This document shows positions 55,227-64,000 of a DNA stretch of 64,000 nucleotides, piece by piece. Position 1 is the first letter of the stretch; each line of letters starts with the position of its first letter. A model generated the notes under the pieces. It was not told where the DNA came from, searched no databases, and saw only the letters and a list, made by a program, of their open reading frames with translations. The position numbers and the translations under genes were made by a program. The DNA comes from Candidatus Magasanikiibacteriota bacterium (GTDB lineage: Bacteria; Patescibacteriota; Patescibacteriia; Magasanikbacterales; UBA922): contig DMXO01000005.1 of NCBI GenBank assembly GCA_003482855.1, positions 163,719 through 227,718 of the forward strand. Reading direction: 5' to 3'.

Positions 55227-56741
55227 ATGAATCTCATGAACCATACACTTACACGTTCTTGGAGAGTCGTGTATATAATTTTTGCATTTGCCATTGCACT
55301 ACTGTATGACGTATTTTTTTGGAACGTGCAACCGGGTATTGGTTTTGCGTTATTTGTCGGCTTGTATGTGCTTGGTTTCATCATACTCACGACCTTGAGT
55401 GAACAAGTTCATCAACCAAAAGCATTGTATTTACTTATTCCTATACTTGTTTTTTCTTTGGATGTCGTATTGTACAACAATAATTTCGTGCGTAACTGGG
55501 TTATGTTGTTTGTTGCTGTATTATTATTTATTTTTTCTATTCTTTTGACACTCAAGAATCCATCCAAGTATCTTTTTTCTTTTTCTCATATACCTATTTT
55601 GAGAAGTATTGATTTACCATTCATGAAATGGGGAGCCATGTATCGAGATCTTTTTTCTTCAAAAAAAGAAAAACGTAGTGAATTATATAAAAAGATAGCT
55701 ATAGGTATTGCCATTTCCATTCCTATTTTGATTATTTTTGGTTCTTTGTTTGTGAAAGCCGACGCGGTGTTTGCTGAATGGGCACAGCATATGTTTGATT
55801 TTACTATACAAGAGACTACAGTCTGGCGTGTGGTGAGATCAGTTATGATTACTATATTTTTGGGTAGTCTTTTGTATGTTGTGATAGACCCATCATATAC
55901 TCTCGGGGACAAAAAGCTTTCAGCATTCAAGATAGATAATACCATTACGACTATTGTACTCGCGTTAGTCAATATATTATTTTTGACATTCGTATTTATT
56001 CAGCTCAATTATCTATTTGGATCTCATGATTTTGTTGTAGAACATGGCATTGTGTTTGCCGAATACGCGCGCAGTGGATTTTTTCAACTCGCATGGGTTA
56101 TTGGCCTAGCTGCAGTGATGCTTATTTTTTTCTATCGTAGTGCTGTATTCCACGGTAGTACACTGGTATTGAAATTGCTCAAAATTTTGCTCATCGTGCA
56201 GGTAGGAGTCATAGCTATGTCTGCGCTTAAACGTATGAATATATATCAAGATGTGTTTGGATATACAGTATTACGTTTGTATGTAGAGTGGTTTATTTAT
56301 TTTTGTATGGTTATTTTGGCCTTGTCAGCCGTAAGTGTTGGTATTGATTGGAAATTTCGATATTTTTTTTATACCAGCATGCTGTGTGGTGTTGTCGCGA
56401 TGGGTATTGTATCATCTATCAATGTGGATCGTATGATAGCACGAGAGAATGTTGATCGATATTTGAATGGAGGTAAAGAGCTTGATATGGGATACCTTGT
56501 TTTCTATTTATCTATTGATGCTGTTCCAGAGATCAAACGCGCATTTGATGCAGGGTACGTGTATAAAGGTACAAACAATGATTTACATTATACTAAGGAC
56601 AATTTTTCAGAAATATATCTTGGCAATAAGTTTACGCATTTACACAGGCGTGTCTCTGGTAAAAAATATATGAGTTTTTCGCAGATACATGAATCATGGA
56701 AAGAATTTAATTTCGGCGTTCATACATTAAAGAATTTATAA
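55227..56741 (+). CDS. Hypothetical polytopic membrane protein
   Basis: About 10 TM segments, no motif. Confidence 0.5.
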   Translation: MNLMNHTLTRSWRVVYIIFAFAIALLYDVFFWNVQPGIGFALFVGLYVLGFIILTTLSEQVHQPKALYLLIPILVFSLDVVLYNNNFVRNWVMLFVAVLLFIFSILLTLKNPSKYLFSFSHIPILRSIDLPFMKWGAMYRDLFSSKKEKRSELYKKIAIGIAISIPILIIFGSLFVKADAVFAEWAQHMFDFTIQETTVWRVVRSVMITIFLGSLLYVVIDPSYTLGDKKLSAFKIDNTITTIVLALVNILFLTFVFIQLNYLFGSHDFVVEHGIVFAEYARSGFFQLAWVIGLAAVMLIFFYRSAVFHGSTLVLKLLKILLIVQVGVIAMSALKRMNIYQDVFGYTVLRLYVEWFIYFCMVILALSAVSVGIDWKFRYFFYTSMLCGVVAMGIVSSINVDRMIARENVDRYLNGGKELDMGYLVFYLSIDAVPEIKRAFDAGYVYKGTNNDLHYTKDNFSEIYLGNKFTHLHRRVSGKKYMSFSQIHESWKEFNFGVHTLKNL

Positions 56742-56744
56742 GTT

Positions 56745-58676
56745 ATGATTACCTCATACGAGCTGAGAAAAAAATATTTAGACTTTTTTGCATCAAAAGG
56801 GCATGTCGTTATTTCTTCAGCATTGCTCATACCGGAGAATGATCCTACGACGCTGTTTACCGGTTCGGGTATGCAACCAATGGTGCCTTATTTACTTGGC
56901 GAGAAACATCCGATGGGAGACAAAATTACTGATTCACAAAAATGTTTTCGAGCGGTAGATATGGATGAAGTGGGGGACAGTCGTCATACAACCTTTTTTG
57001 AAATGCTGGGAAACTGGTCACTTGGTAGCTATTTTAAAGAAGAACAAATTCAATGGATGTGGACTTTTCTTACGGATGTTGTAGGGCTTGATCCACATAG
57101 ATTGTATATTACGTGTTTTCGTGGTGATGAAGAAAGTAATGTGTCAAAAGATAAGACAAGCGCAGAATTGTGGAAAACGTTATTTGAATCAAAAGGTATT
57201 ACTGCTGATATTGTAGATTTTCCTGAGCGTGATGGTATGCAAGGTGGAAGAATTTTTTATTATGATGCGAAAAAAAATTGGTGGAGTCGTGCGGGGGTTC
57301 CACACAACATGCCGGTAGGTGAACCAGGAGGTCCTGACAGTGAGATGTTCTGGGATTTTGGTGAAGATTTGAAATTGCATGAGAAGTCAGTGTGGGCAGA
57401 TCAACCATGTCACGTCAATTGTGATTGTGGTCGGTTTATTGAAATAGGCAATAATGTTTTTATGGCATTCAAAAAGACAGATCATGGGTTTGAAGAACTA
57501 CAACAACAAAATGTTGACTTTGGTGGAGGACTTGAACGTATGGCAATGGCTTTGCAAGATACTCCTGATATTTTCAACATAGATCTTTTTTCAAACACAT
57601 GTCGTATTCTTGAACGCATGACGGGAAAGAAATATGGTGATGTGGAAAAGGAAACCTACGCGTTTCGTGTTATTTTGGATCATATTCGTGCAGCTACATT
57701 TCTTATTGCAGATGGAGCTGTGCCATTAAACAAGGACCAAGGATATTTTACTCGCCGGCTGATTCGTCGTGCTGTGCGCTATGGCAATGATCTTGGAATC
57801 AAAGATTTGTTTCTGTCAGAAGTTGCACAAGGCTATATTGATACATACAAAGATGTGTATAGTGATTTAGTTACTAAACATGATTTTATATTAAATGAAT
57901 TAAAGTCCGAAGAAACAAAGTTTCGTAGTACACTAGAGTCGGGAATTAAAGAATTTGAGAAATTATTGCAAGGATTCGCAATGGCAGAAGAAAAGACAGG
58001 AAATAAAATTGCAGAAATTTCTGGCAAACAGGCTTTTAAATTATATGATACATATGGTTTTCCATATGAAATGACGGAAGAACTCGCTCATGAGCAAGGA
58101 CTTACTATTGATAAAAAGGGATTTGATGAAGCATTTGGAAAACATCAAGAACTTTCTCGGGCTGGAGCAGAACAAAAATTCAAAGGCGGTTTGGCAGATA
58201 CTTCTGAGATGTCTACTAAGTATCATACTGCGACCCATTTACTTCATGCTGCGCTTCGCAAAGTTTTGGGTGATCATGTCGGACAAAAAGGAAGTAATAT
58301 CACCGCAGAGCGTCTACGTTTTGACTTTTCGCATCCAGACAAAATGACTGATGAACAAAAGAAACAAGTCGAGGATTTAGTAAATTCTGCAATTCAAAAA
58401 GATTATCCTGTGAGTTTTTCTGAGATGTCTGTTGACGAAGCAAAAGAAAGTGGAGCCATAGGTTTATTTGGAGATAGATATGGTGAAAAGGTAAAAGTCT
58501 ATTCAATTGGTAATCCATCTCAAAAACCTCTTGCCGATGCATCATCACTTACCTTTAGCAAGGAAATCTGTGGTGGCCCACATGTGGAACACACTGGACT
58601 TCTGGGTCATTTCAAAATTCAAAAAGAAGAGGCAAGTAGCGCGGGAGTTAGAAGAATTAAAGCAATATTAGAATAA
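56745..58676 (+). CDS. alaS: Alanine--tRNA ligase, short form (catalytic and editing domains; no C-Ala domain)
   Basis: N-terminal class II AlaRS core, with editing HxxxH / CxxxH (TATHLLHAAL, CGGPHV). Ends at 643 aa. Confidence 0.9.
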   Translation: MITSYELRKKYLDFFASKGHVVISSALLIPENDPTTLFTGSGMQPMVPYLLGEKHPMGDKITDSQKCFRAVDMDEVGDSRHTTFFEMLGNWSLGSYFKEEQIQWMWTFLTDVVGLDPHRLYITCFRGDEESNVSKDKTSAELWKTLFESKGITADIVDFPERDGMQGGRIFYYDAKKNWWSRAGVPHNMPVGEPGGPDSEMFWDFGEDLKLHEKSVWADQPCHVNCDCGRFIEIGNNVFMAFKKTDHGFEELQQQNVDFGGGLERMAMALQDTPDIFNIDLFSNTCRILERMTGKKYGDVEKETYAFRVILDHIRAATFLIADGAVPLNKDQGYFTRRLIRRAVRYGNDLGIKDLFLSEVAQGYIDTYKDVYSDLVTKHDFILNELKSEETKFRSTLESGIKEFEKLLQGFAMAEEKTGNKIAEISGKQAFKLYDTYGFPYEMTEELAHEQGLTIDKKGFDEAFGKHQELSRAGAEQKFKGGLADTSEMSTKYHTATHLLHAALRKVLGDHVGQKGSNITAERLRFDFSHPDKMTDEQKKQVEDLVNSAIQKDYPVSFSEMSVDEAKESGAIGLFGDRYGEKVKVYSIGNPSQKPLADASSLTFSKEICGGPHVEHTGLLGHFKIQKEEASSAGVRRIKAILE

Positions 58677-58684
58677 TTTTTTTT

Positions 58685-59404
58685 ATGAATTACACTCCTC
58701 AAAGACCTTCGCAGCAATCATCTCCCACACAACAAAATAATCTCGACCCTATGACACCTGCACGCATACGTTCTGTTGTCGTAGGTATTTTGTTGTTTTG
58801 TGTTTTAGCAGGAGTGTGGGTAGTATTTGGTTTGGCACGTCCCCAAGATTGGTTTGGAAATGACAATAGACCTGTTGAGGAATTTGTATCTGATGAATCA
58901 TCAAATGTCTTATCTCAAAGTAATACAGACCCTATTGAAATAGGAGTATTCGCACCACAGGATTTATCTATACCTCTTGTCCATATCTACAATGCATGTG
59001 ACGTAGATCATGCGTTTGATACTCTGTATACAAATTATACCGTTGTTTCATCTCTCCCCGGTGGTGATCCTGCTATGAATGGTTTGTATATATATGTGGT
59101 AGCTCACTCTCCATATTCAGGAGAATCTTTTAGCTATGATATAAGCCTCAATGTGTATGAGTTATTGGACATAGCTCTTGTAAATGAATCTCTTGAGTTA
59201 TCTGTTTTGCAACAACGTATTGACGAAAGATTTGGATCAGTCGTGACATACAAAGTTTTTTATAGGGCAACATTTGATAATACCACATCACTTCTTACGT
59301 TGGAGCAAACAGGAGAATCAGGACCTCTGAGTGACACAGAGATATTTGATGAATATTATAGCGTGATGAGTGATGACTGTGGGGCACGCATACCTGGTAT
59401 ATAA
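58685..59404 (+). CDS. Hypothetical secreted/membrane-anchored protein
   Basis: N-terminal TM/signal-like segment. Confidence 0.4.
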   Translation: MNYTPQRPSQQSSPTQQNNLDPMTPARIRSVVVGILLFCVLAGVWVVFGLARPQDWFGNDNRPVEEFVSDESSNVLSQSNTDPIEIGVFAPQDLSIPLVHIYNACDVDHAFDTLYTNYTVVSSLPGGDPAMNGLYIYVVAHSPYSGESFSYDISLNVYELLDIALVNESLELSVLQQRIDERFGSVVTYKVFYRATFDNTTSLLTLEQTGESGPLSDTEIFDEYYSVMSDDCGARIPGI

Positions 59405-59405
59405 C

Positions 59406-59825
59406 ATGTGTATGGCACATAAAAGCTTTGTATACATGTGGTCACTTCGTCATCAATTTGCAAAATATTTTGTTGTAGGTTTTTCTGGTCTCTTTCTTGA
59501 CATGGGGACACTTGTGCTGTTTAAAGAAAAATTTGGCTGGACGCCAGTCTTTGCCGTCGTAGTCAATCAAGTTCTTTTACTTACGTATAATTTTTGTTTG
59601 AATAAGTATTGGTCATTCAAAAATAAGGAAATGCCACATAAGCAGTTGGCAAAGTTTTTGACCTTGGCTGGATTTAATTATTTATTTTCGGTCGCGGCGA
59701 TGTGGTTGTTCAACGGACAATGGAATTTTGATTACCGGCTTGTTAGACTCGGGGCAATTGCAGTCATGGTAAGTTGGAATTTTTTTCTGTATAAATACTG
59801 GGTGTATAAGGTTTATAGCCAATAG
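59406..59825 (+). CDS. GtrA-family membrane protein
   Basis: KYFVVGFSGLFLDMGTLVLF...NKYWSFKN. ATG at 59406, after the upstream stop. Confidence 0.7.
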   Translation: MCMAHKSFVYMWSLRHQFAKYFVVGFSGLFLDMGTLVLFKEKFGWTPVFAVVVNQVLLLTYNFCLNKYWSFKNKEMPHKQLAKFLTLAGFNYLFSVAAMWLFNGQWNFDYRLVRLGAIAVMVSWNFFLYKYWVYKVYSQ

Positions 59826-59866
59826 CTGTGGAATTTATTGGCTTTTGGTTATGAACCCAGCACCGT
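59821..59866. repeat. Copy of the palindromic repeat family (gtttatagccaatag...attggcttttggttatgaac)
   Basis: The first 14 nt are identical to 5033-5046. Confidence 0.5.
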
Positions 59867-59988
59867 AGGGTGCTCTGAGTGAACTATGGTAAAATAAGCA
59901 AAATTTTGATATAGTAACCTTATCCACGTTTAATCCTTGACATTATTTTTATTTTAGGCTAAAATAGTGTCGCTAATTACATAAAATC

Positions 59989-60207
59989 ATGGGAAAGAAT
60001 AATGACGTGATTGAAGTCCGTGGCAGAGTTGAAGAACTATTGCCAGGGGCAAAATTTCGAATCATATTGGAAAACGAACATGAGGTCATTGCTCATCTGG
60101 CCGGCAAATTGCGAGTACACAATATTCGCTTAAGTGTTGGAGATGAAGTACGCGTAGAATTGACGCCTTATGATCTTTCCAAAGGACGTATCACGTTTCG
60201 TTTCTAA
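59989..60207 (+). CDS. infA: Translation initiation factor IF-1
   Basis: Full-length match to the S1-like IF-1. Confidence 0.95.
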   Translation: MGKNNDVIEVRGRVEELLPGAKFRIILENEHEVIAHLAGKLRVHNIRLSVGDEVRVELTPYDLSKGRITFRF

Positions 60208-60305
60208 ATTGTTTAAAAAGATCTCAACTAGTGCGGTGGAGCTCTACCCTCGTAGGTGGAGCTAAGATATCGCGGCAGTAGTTGGTGATTTTTTATTTAA
60301 ATATT

Positions 60306-60443
60306 ATGAAAGTACAACCTTCAATAGAGAAGAGATGCAAAGATTGCAAGATAGTCGTCCGTCGGTGTGTGCGTTATGTCATTTGCAAGAATCCACGACA
60401 TAAACAACGCCAAGGAAGTAAGCAGCGAACTAAAGCTGCGTAA
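60306..60443 (+). CDS. rpmJ: 50S ribosomal protein L36
   Basis: [37 protein letters not shown]. Below the ORF-track size cutoff; found by reading the sequence. Confidence 0.85.
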   Translation: MKVQPSIEKRCKDCKIVVRRCVRYVICKNPRHKQRQGSKQRTKAA

Positions 60444-60469
60444 TTAAGGTATTTAATATACATTAACAT

Positions 60470-60856
60470 ATGCGTGTAGCAGGTGTAACTATTCCAAAAG
60501 AAAAAAGATCCGTCATTGCTTTGACCTATGTGTATGGTATCGGGCCTACCACTTCCAAGAGAATTTTGGCTCAAGCTCAGGTGTCAGAGAGTACACGTGT
60601 GAAAGACCTTACCCAAGAACAAGAGGACAAAATTCGTAATCTTGTAGAAAAAGGTCTTACCACAGAGGGTGATTTGAGACGTGAAGTAGCTTCAAATATT
60701 AAACGTTTGAAAGATATAAAATCATATCGAGGTTCACGCCATGCCAAGAGATTGCCTTGTCACGGACAGCGCACCAAGACAAATAATCGTACGTTGCGTG
60801 GAAACAAGCGTAATCTTGCGGTAAGTGGTAAAAAACCAATAGCTCAAAAAACCTAA
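60470..60856 (+). CDS. rpsM: 30S ribosomal protein S13
   Basis: [13 protein letters not shown]... Confidence 0.95.
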   Translation: MRVAGVTIPKEKRSVIALTYVYGIGPTTSKRILAQAQVSESTRVKDLTQEQEDKIRNLVEKGLTTEGDLRREVASNIKRLKDIKSYRGSRHAKRLPCHGQRTKTNNRTLRGNKRNLAVSGKKPIAQKT

Positions 60857-60883
60857 ATTAATCTGTGAAATCATTGTTACTAT

Positions 60884-61279
60884 ATGGCTAACAACGTTAA
60901 AAAAGTATCAAAAAAGAAACAAAATTTGCGATCAGTATCTCATGGTAGAGCATACGTTCAAGCAACATTCAATAACACAATTATTACAGTTACTGATCAA
61001 AATGGTGATGTTTTGGGTTGGGGTTCTGCTGGCAAAGCAGGATTCAAGGGTCCAAAGAAATCAACACCATATGCAGCAAGTATGGTAGTAAAAGCTGTCG
61101 CCGAAGCAGTGAAACCTTATGGTCTCAAAGAAGTGAATGTATTTGTTCGGGGCATTGGTGGTGGTCGTGAAGGAGCTATTCGAGCATTCAACACCAATGG
61201 TATAAATGTTTTGTCTGTAAAAGACACTACACCTATTCCACACAATGGATGTCGTCCACCAAAAAGACGAAGAGTATAA
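60884..61279 (+). CDS. rpsK: 30S ribosomal protein S11
   Basis: S11 signature throughout. Confidence 0.95.
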   Translation: MANNVKKVSKKKQNLRSVSHGRAYVQATFNNTIITVTDQNGDVLGWGSAGKAGFKGPKKSTPYAASMVVKAVAEAVKPYGLKEVNVFVRGIGGGREGAIRAFNTNGINVLSVKDTTPIPHNGCRPPKRRRV

Positions 61280-61307
61280 TATTAATTTTCGATTTTAGAG
61301 AAAAACT

Positions 61308-61931
61308 ATGGGTAGATATATTGGTCCAAAAAATAAGATCGCACGACGTTTCCGCACAAACCTTGGTTTGAAAACAAATGCACCAAAGGTTGCTCGTCGT
61401 CTCAATCAGGCTCCTGGCGTTCATGGTCCAAACAAACGTGGGGGTGCTACATCTTCATATGGTAAACAATTGCTTGAAAAACAAAAAGCAAAATTTGTAT
61501 ATAATATCCGTGAGGGTCAACTTCGTCGTTATATAGAACGCGCTACTGCTGTTACGGGAGATTCTGGTGTCATGTTGCAACAAATCCTTGAAATGCGTAT
61601 GGACAATGTTGTGTACAAACTTGGTTTTGCCGTGACTCGTGCACAGGCACGTCAGATGGTGAGTCACAGTCTTTTTTCACTCAATGGCAAAAAAATGAAT
61701 ATTCCATCACACATCGTACAGGTGGGAGATATTGTTGCCCTCAAACAAAATAAGACCAAGAAACGATTGTTCGAAGGGGTTGAAGAGCGTTTACAAAAGC
61801 AAGATTTGCCTTCATGGTTGTCAGTAGATGCAGCGGCAAAATCTGGCAAAGTTTTGAGTAAACCACAAGATAAAGATTTAGAGAGAACGTTTGATGTAAA
61901 ACTCATCATTGAGTATTACTCAACACGTTAA
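61308..61931 (+). CDS. rpsD: 30S ribosomal protein S4
   Basis: MGRYIGPKNKIARRF... Confidence 0.95.
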   Translation: MGRYIGPKNKIARRFRTNLGLKTNAPKVARRLNQAPGVHGPNKRGGATSSYGKQLLEKQKAKFVYNIREGQLRRYIERATAVTGDSGVMLQQILEMRMDNVVYKLGFAVTRAQARQMVSHSLFSLNGKKMNIPSHIVQVGDIVALKQNKTKKRLFEGVEERLQKQDLPSWLSVDAAAKSGKVLSKPQDKDLERTFDVKLIIEYYSTR

Positions 61932-61978
61932 TTAGGAGGGATATCTCTCCGTGAGATAATCTCTATAAATTTATATAT

Positions 61979-62722
61979 ATGGATTACATTTTATTACCAT
62001 CATCTATCGAATTCAGAGATACAGACAACCCAAATGTTGGTGAATTAGTAATCACCCCATGTCATCAAGGATATGGCACGACGATTGGTAACTCTTTACG
62101 ACGTGTACTTCTCTCCTCTATTGAGGGAGCTGCTGCAGAAGCAATAAAGATAGAAGGTGTTCAACATGAATTTTCTGCTGTTGAGGGTGTGCTCGAGGAT
62201 GTAGTCGAAATTGTAATGAATCTCAAACAATTGGCTGTTATTTCACATAGTGATACTCCTATTGTCCTCACACTCACCAAAAAAGGCAAAGGAGCTGTGA
62301 CAGCTGCAGATTTTGAAAAAAATGCAGATATCGAAATTATAAATACAGATTTGAAAATAGCAACACTCACCAGTGATAAGTCTTTCACCATGGAAGTGAC
62401 TATTGGTAGAGGACTCGGTTATGTGCCTGCATCTGAGAAAGACGGTAAAAATTTAGACCTCGGCACAGTATTAGTAGATTCTTTTTATTCACCTATCAAG
62501 GATGTTGGATATCGTGTGGAGAATACACGTGTGGGAGATGTCACAGATTACGAACAACTCACTATACGTATTGAGACAAACGGTACTATCACACCAAAAG
62601 TGGCAACTGAGCGTGCTACCAAGATCCTTATGGATCATTATAGTTTGATTCTTGATACTGCAGCATCTGTTCCTGCAAAAAAGGGAGCAAAAAAGGCTGA
62701 TACTGCAGACCAAGAAGCATAA
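61979..62722 (+). CDS. rpoA: DNA-directed RNA polymerase alpha subunit, N-terminal domain only (247 aa)
   Basis: The alpha-NTD is conserved. The protein ends in a short basic tail, and rplQ starts 8 nt later, so no alpha-CTD is encoded here. Confidence 0.9.
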   Translation: MDYILLPSSIEFRDTDNPNVGELVITPCHQGYGTTIGNSLRRVLLSSIEGAAAEAIKIEGVQHEFSAVEGVLEDVVEIVMNLKQLAVISHSDTPIVLTLTKKGKGAVTAADFEKNADIEIINTDLKIATLTSDKSFTMEVTIGRGLGYVPASEKDGKNLDLGTVLVDSFYSPIKDVGYRVENTRVGDVTDYEQLTIRIETNGTITPKVATERATKILMDHYSLILDTAASVPAKKGAKKADTADQEA

Positions 62723-62730
62723 TTTAGTAT

Positions 62731-63081
62731 ATGAGACACCAAAAAAAGACAGTAAAATTAGGAAGGACACGCGCTCCACGACAAGCATTGCTTCGAAATC
62801 TCGCAGAAAGTTTGATATTGCATGGCGCTATCGTCACTACCAAAGCAAAAGCAAAAGCATTGCGTAGTGTTGTCGAACCACTCGTGACCAAAGCAAAAAA
62901 GGGTCGTCCCGTTGATCGTGAAGGTATCATGAGCGTTTTGTATACAGGTAAAGCAGTCAAGAAACTTGTGGATGATTTGGCACCCCGTTATGCAGAGCGT
63001 CGAGGTGGCTATACACGTATTACCAAGATTGGAACTAGGTCAAGTGATGGTGGTGAAAAGGTAAAAATTGAATTTGTATAA
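62731..63081 (+). CDS. rplQ: 50S ribosomal protein L17
   Basis: MRHQKKTVKLGRTRAPR... Confidence 0.95.
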   Translation: MRHQKKTVKLGRTRAPRQALLRNLAESLILHGAIVTTKAKAKALRSVVEPLVTKAKKGRPVDREGIMSVLYTGKAVKKLVDDLAPRYAERRGGYTRITKIGTRSSDGGEKVKIEFV

Positions 63082-63105
63082 TTTTACAGATTTTAATAGA
63101 TATTT

Positions 63106-63465
63106 ATGGAAGAATATAAACGAGAAAAAATTGAAATTGATGCAACAGGCAAATCTGTTGGTCGTATCGCAACCGAGGTTGCCACCATTCTTATGGGCAA
63201 ACATAAGCCAACATTTGAGCGCCATATTGATCGTGGAGATTCTGTTGTGATACATAATGCTTCAAAAGTTATCTTTACTGGTAAGAAATTGGCTCAAAAG
63301 GATTATTATAGCCACACTATGTATCCAGGCGGTTTGAAGAGAGTACCAATGGGTAAAGTCTTTAGTGAAGATCCAACTGATGTCATGAAACGAGCAGTAT
63401 ATCGTATGCTTCCAAAAAATAAAATGCGCGATGGAATGATGAAACGCCTTACTATTAACGCATAA
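63106..63465 (+). CDS. rplM: 50S ribosomal protein L13
   Basis: L13 fold; short form. Confidence 0.9.
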   Translation: MEEYKREKIEIDATGKSVGRIATEVATILMGKHKPTFERHIDRGDSVVIHNASKVIFTGKKLAQKDYYSHTMYPGGLKRVPMGKVFSEDPTDVMKRAVYRMLPKNKMRDGMMKRLTINA

Positions 63466-63483
63466 TTTAATACATATATACCT

Positions 63484-63888
63484 ATGGTTCAGAAATCAGA
63501 TGACAAAATGGCACGAGCTGTTGGACGACGAAAGACAGCTTCGGCTCGCGTGCGTATCACTCCTGGCAAAGGAACTATTACCGTAAATGGTAAGGATTAC
63601 AAAGTGTATTTTCCTACAAAACTTTTGCAAGATGCCGTCGTAGCTCCTCTTGTTGTGACAGCAAAAGAAAAGGAAATGGATATATCAGTTAAGGTCGTTG
63701 GCGGTGGTCCAGTCGGCCAAGCACATGCAGTCAGACATGGTATCGCGCGTGCACTTGTAGAATGGAATAGTGAACTCAAACCAGTACTCAAAGCAGAAGG
63801 ATTCATGACACGTGATCCACGAGCAAAAGAACGTAAAAAACCAGGTTTGCACAAAGCTCGTCGTGCACATCAATGGAGAAAACGTTAA
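63484..63888 (+). CDS. rpsI: 30S ribosomal protein S9
   Basis: C-terminal ...KARRAHQWRKR. Confidence 0.95.
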   Translation: MVQKSDDKMARAVGRRKTASARVRITPGKGTITVNGKDYKVYFPTKLLQDAVVAPLVVTAKEKEMDISVKVVGGGPVGQAHAVRHGIARALVEWNSELKPVLKAEGFMTRDPRAKERKKPGLHKARRAHQWRKR

Positions 63889-63891
63889 TTG

Positions 63892-63949
63892 TCACTCAAG
63901 CATTTTAGCACTCAAGCACTTCAACACTCCTAAATCAGGAGTGTTTTTA
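63892..63949 (+). promoter_or_regulatory. AGCACT-type 9-bp repeat array merging into the rpsI terminator hairpin
   Basis: cactcaagcattttagcactcaagcacttcaacactc. The hairpin acactcc-taaatc-aggagtgt is followed by ttttt. Confidence 0.4.
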
Positions 63950-64000
63950 GTAATTCTAAGTATTTGAGCATATAAGTCATTGTCACTGATTGTCGTTTTT

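Noticed and set aside
54674-55390. Minus-strand 238-aa ORF
   Set aside because: Antisense to mnmA, which has a full-length confident match.
59925-59933. Single DnaA-box-like 9-mer TTATCCACG upstream of infA
   Set aside because: One imperfect box with no cluster. The dnaB-upstream region has no DnaA boxes, so there is no basis to call an origin.
1-64000. CRISPR arrays, rRNA genes, IS elements, integrases or prophage blocks
   Set aside because: No regularly spaced direct repeats with unique spacers. No 16S/23S/5S-like conserved stretches. No transposase, integrase or phage-structural-like ORFs among the translated frames.

Overview
AT-rich bacterial chromosomal segment. Its gene content looks like a reduced-genome Patescibacteria/CPR-type organism: RpoA lacking the C-terminal domain, a short AlaRS, many Nudix, GT2/GT4/GT-C envelope genes, and no gatB after gatCA. 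This assignment is an inference from content only.

About 75 protein genes and one tRNA-Ser were found. No rRNA, CRISPR array, transposase, integrase or reverse transcriptase was seen.

Layout along the window:
- 0-7.3 kb: ClpC-like chaperone, WecA/MraY-like GT4, DUF192, rplU, recR, ybaB, dnaB.
- 8-15 kb: envelope lipid/glycosylation genes, with two GT-C membrane proteins flanking two convergent CDP-alcohol phosphatidyltransferases.
- 15-25 kb: a HIT + multi-Nudix block followed by a dTDP-rhamnose/GT2 polysaccharide locus.
- 25-33 kb: murA, a C-terminal processing peptidase, riboflavin kinase, gatCA, and a tandem LOG protein.
- 33-39 kb: a GIY-YIG ORF overlapping tRNA-Ser, further Nudix-like genes, a GC-rich kinase fusion, an FkbM methyltransferase, rpmA.
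- 40-59 kb: ftsW, murG, AMMECR1, an orphan VirD4/TraG-like ATPase, a YjeF-C dehydratase, a split PEP-utilizing phosphotransferase pair, SPFH, mnmA, alaS, gtrA.
- 60-64 kb: infA-rpmJ-rpsM-rpsK-rpsD-rpoA-rplQ-rplM-rpsI.

The most unusual signals are:
- Four sharply GC-rich islands in the AT-rich background: a heavily self-complementary ~300-nt non-coding island at 4.1-4.4 kb, 7.4-7.9 kb, 12.6-13.4 kb, and 37.3-38.4 kb.
- Two dispersed short-repeat families.
- An Avd-like four-helix-bundle gene bracketed by inverted repeats.
- A GIY-YIG ORF whose stop lies inside tRNA-Ser, with a 14-bp copy of the tRNA 5' end upstream.
- A ClpC-like chaperone whose first ATPase module has lost its Walker A/B catalytic residues.
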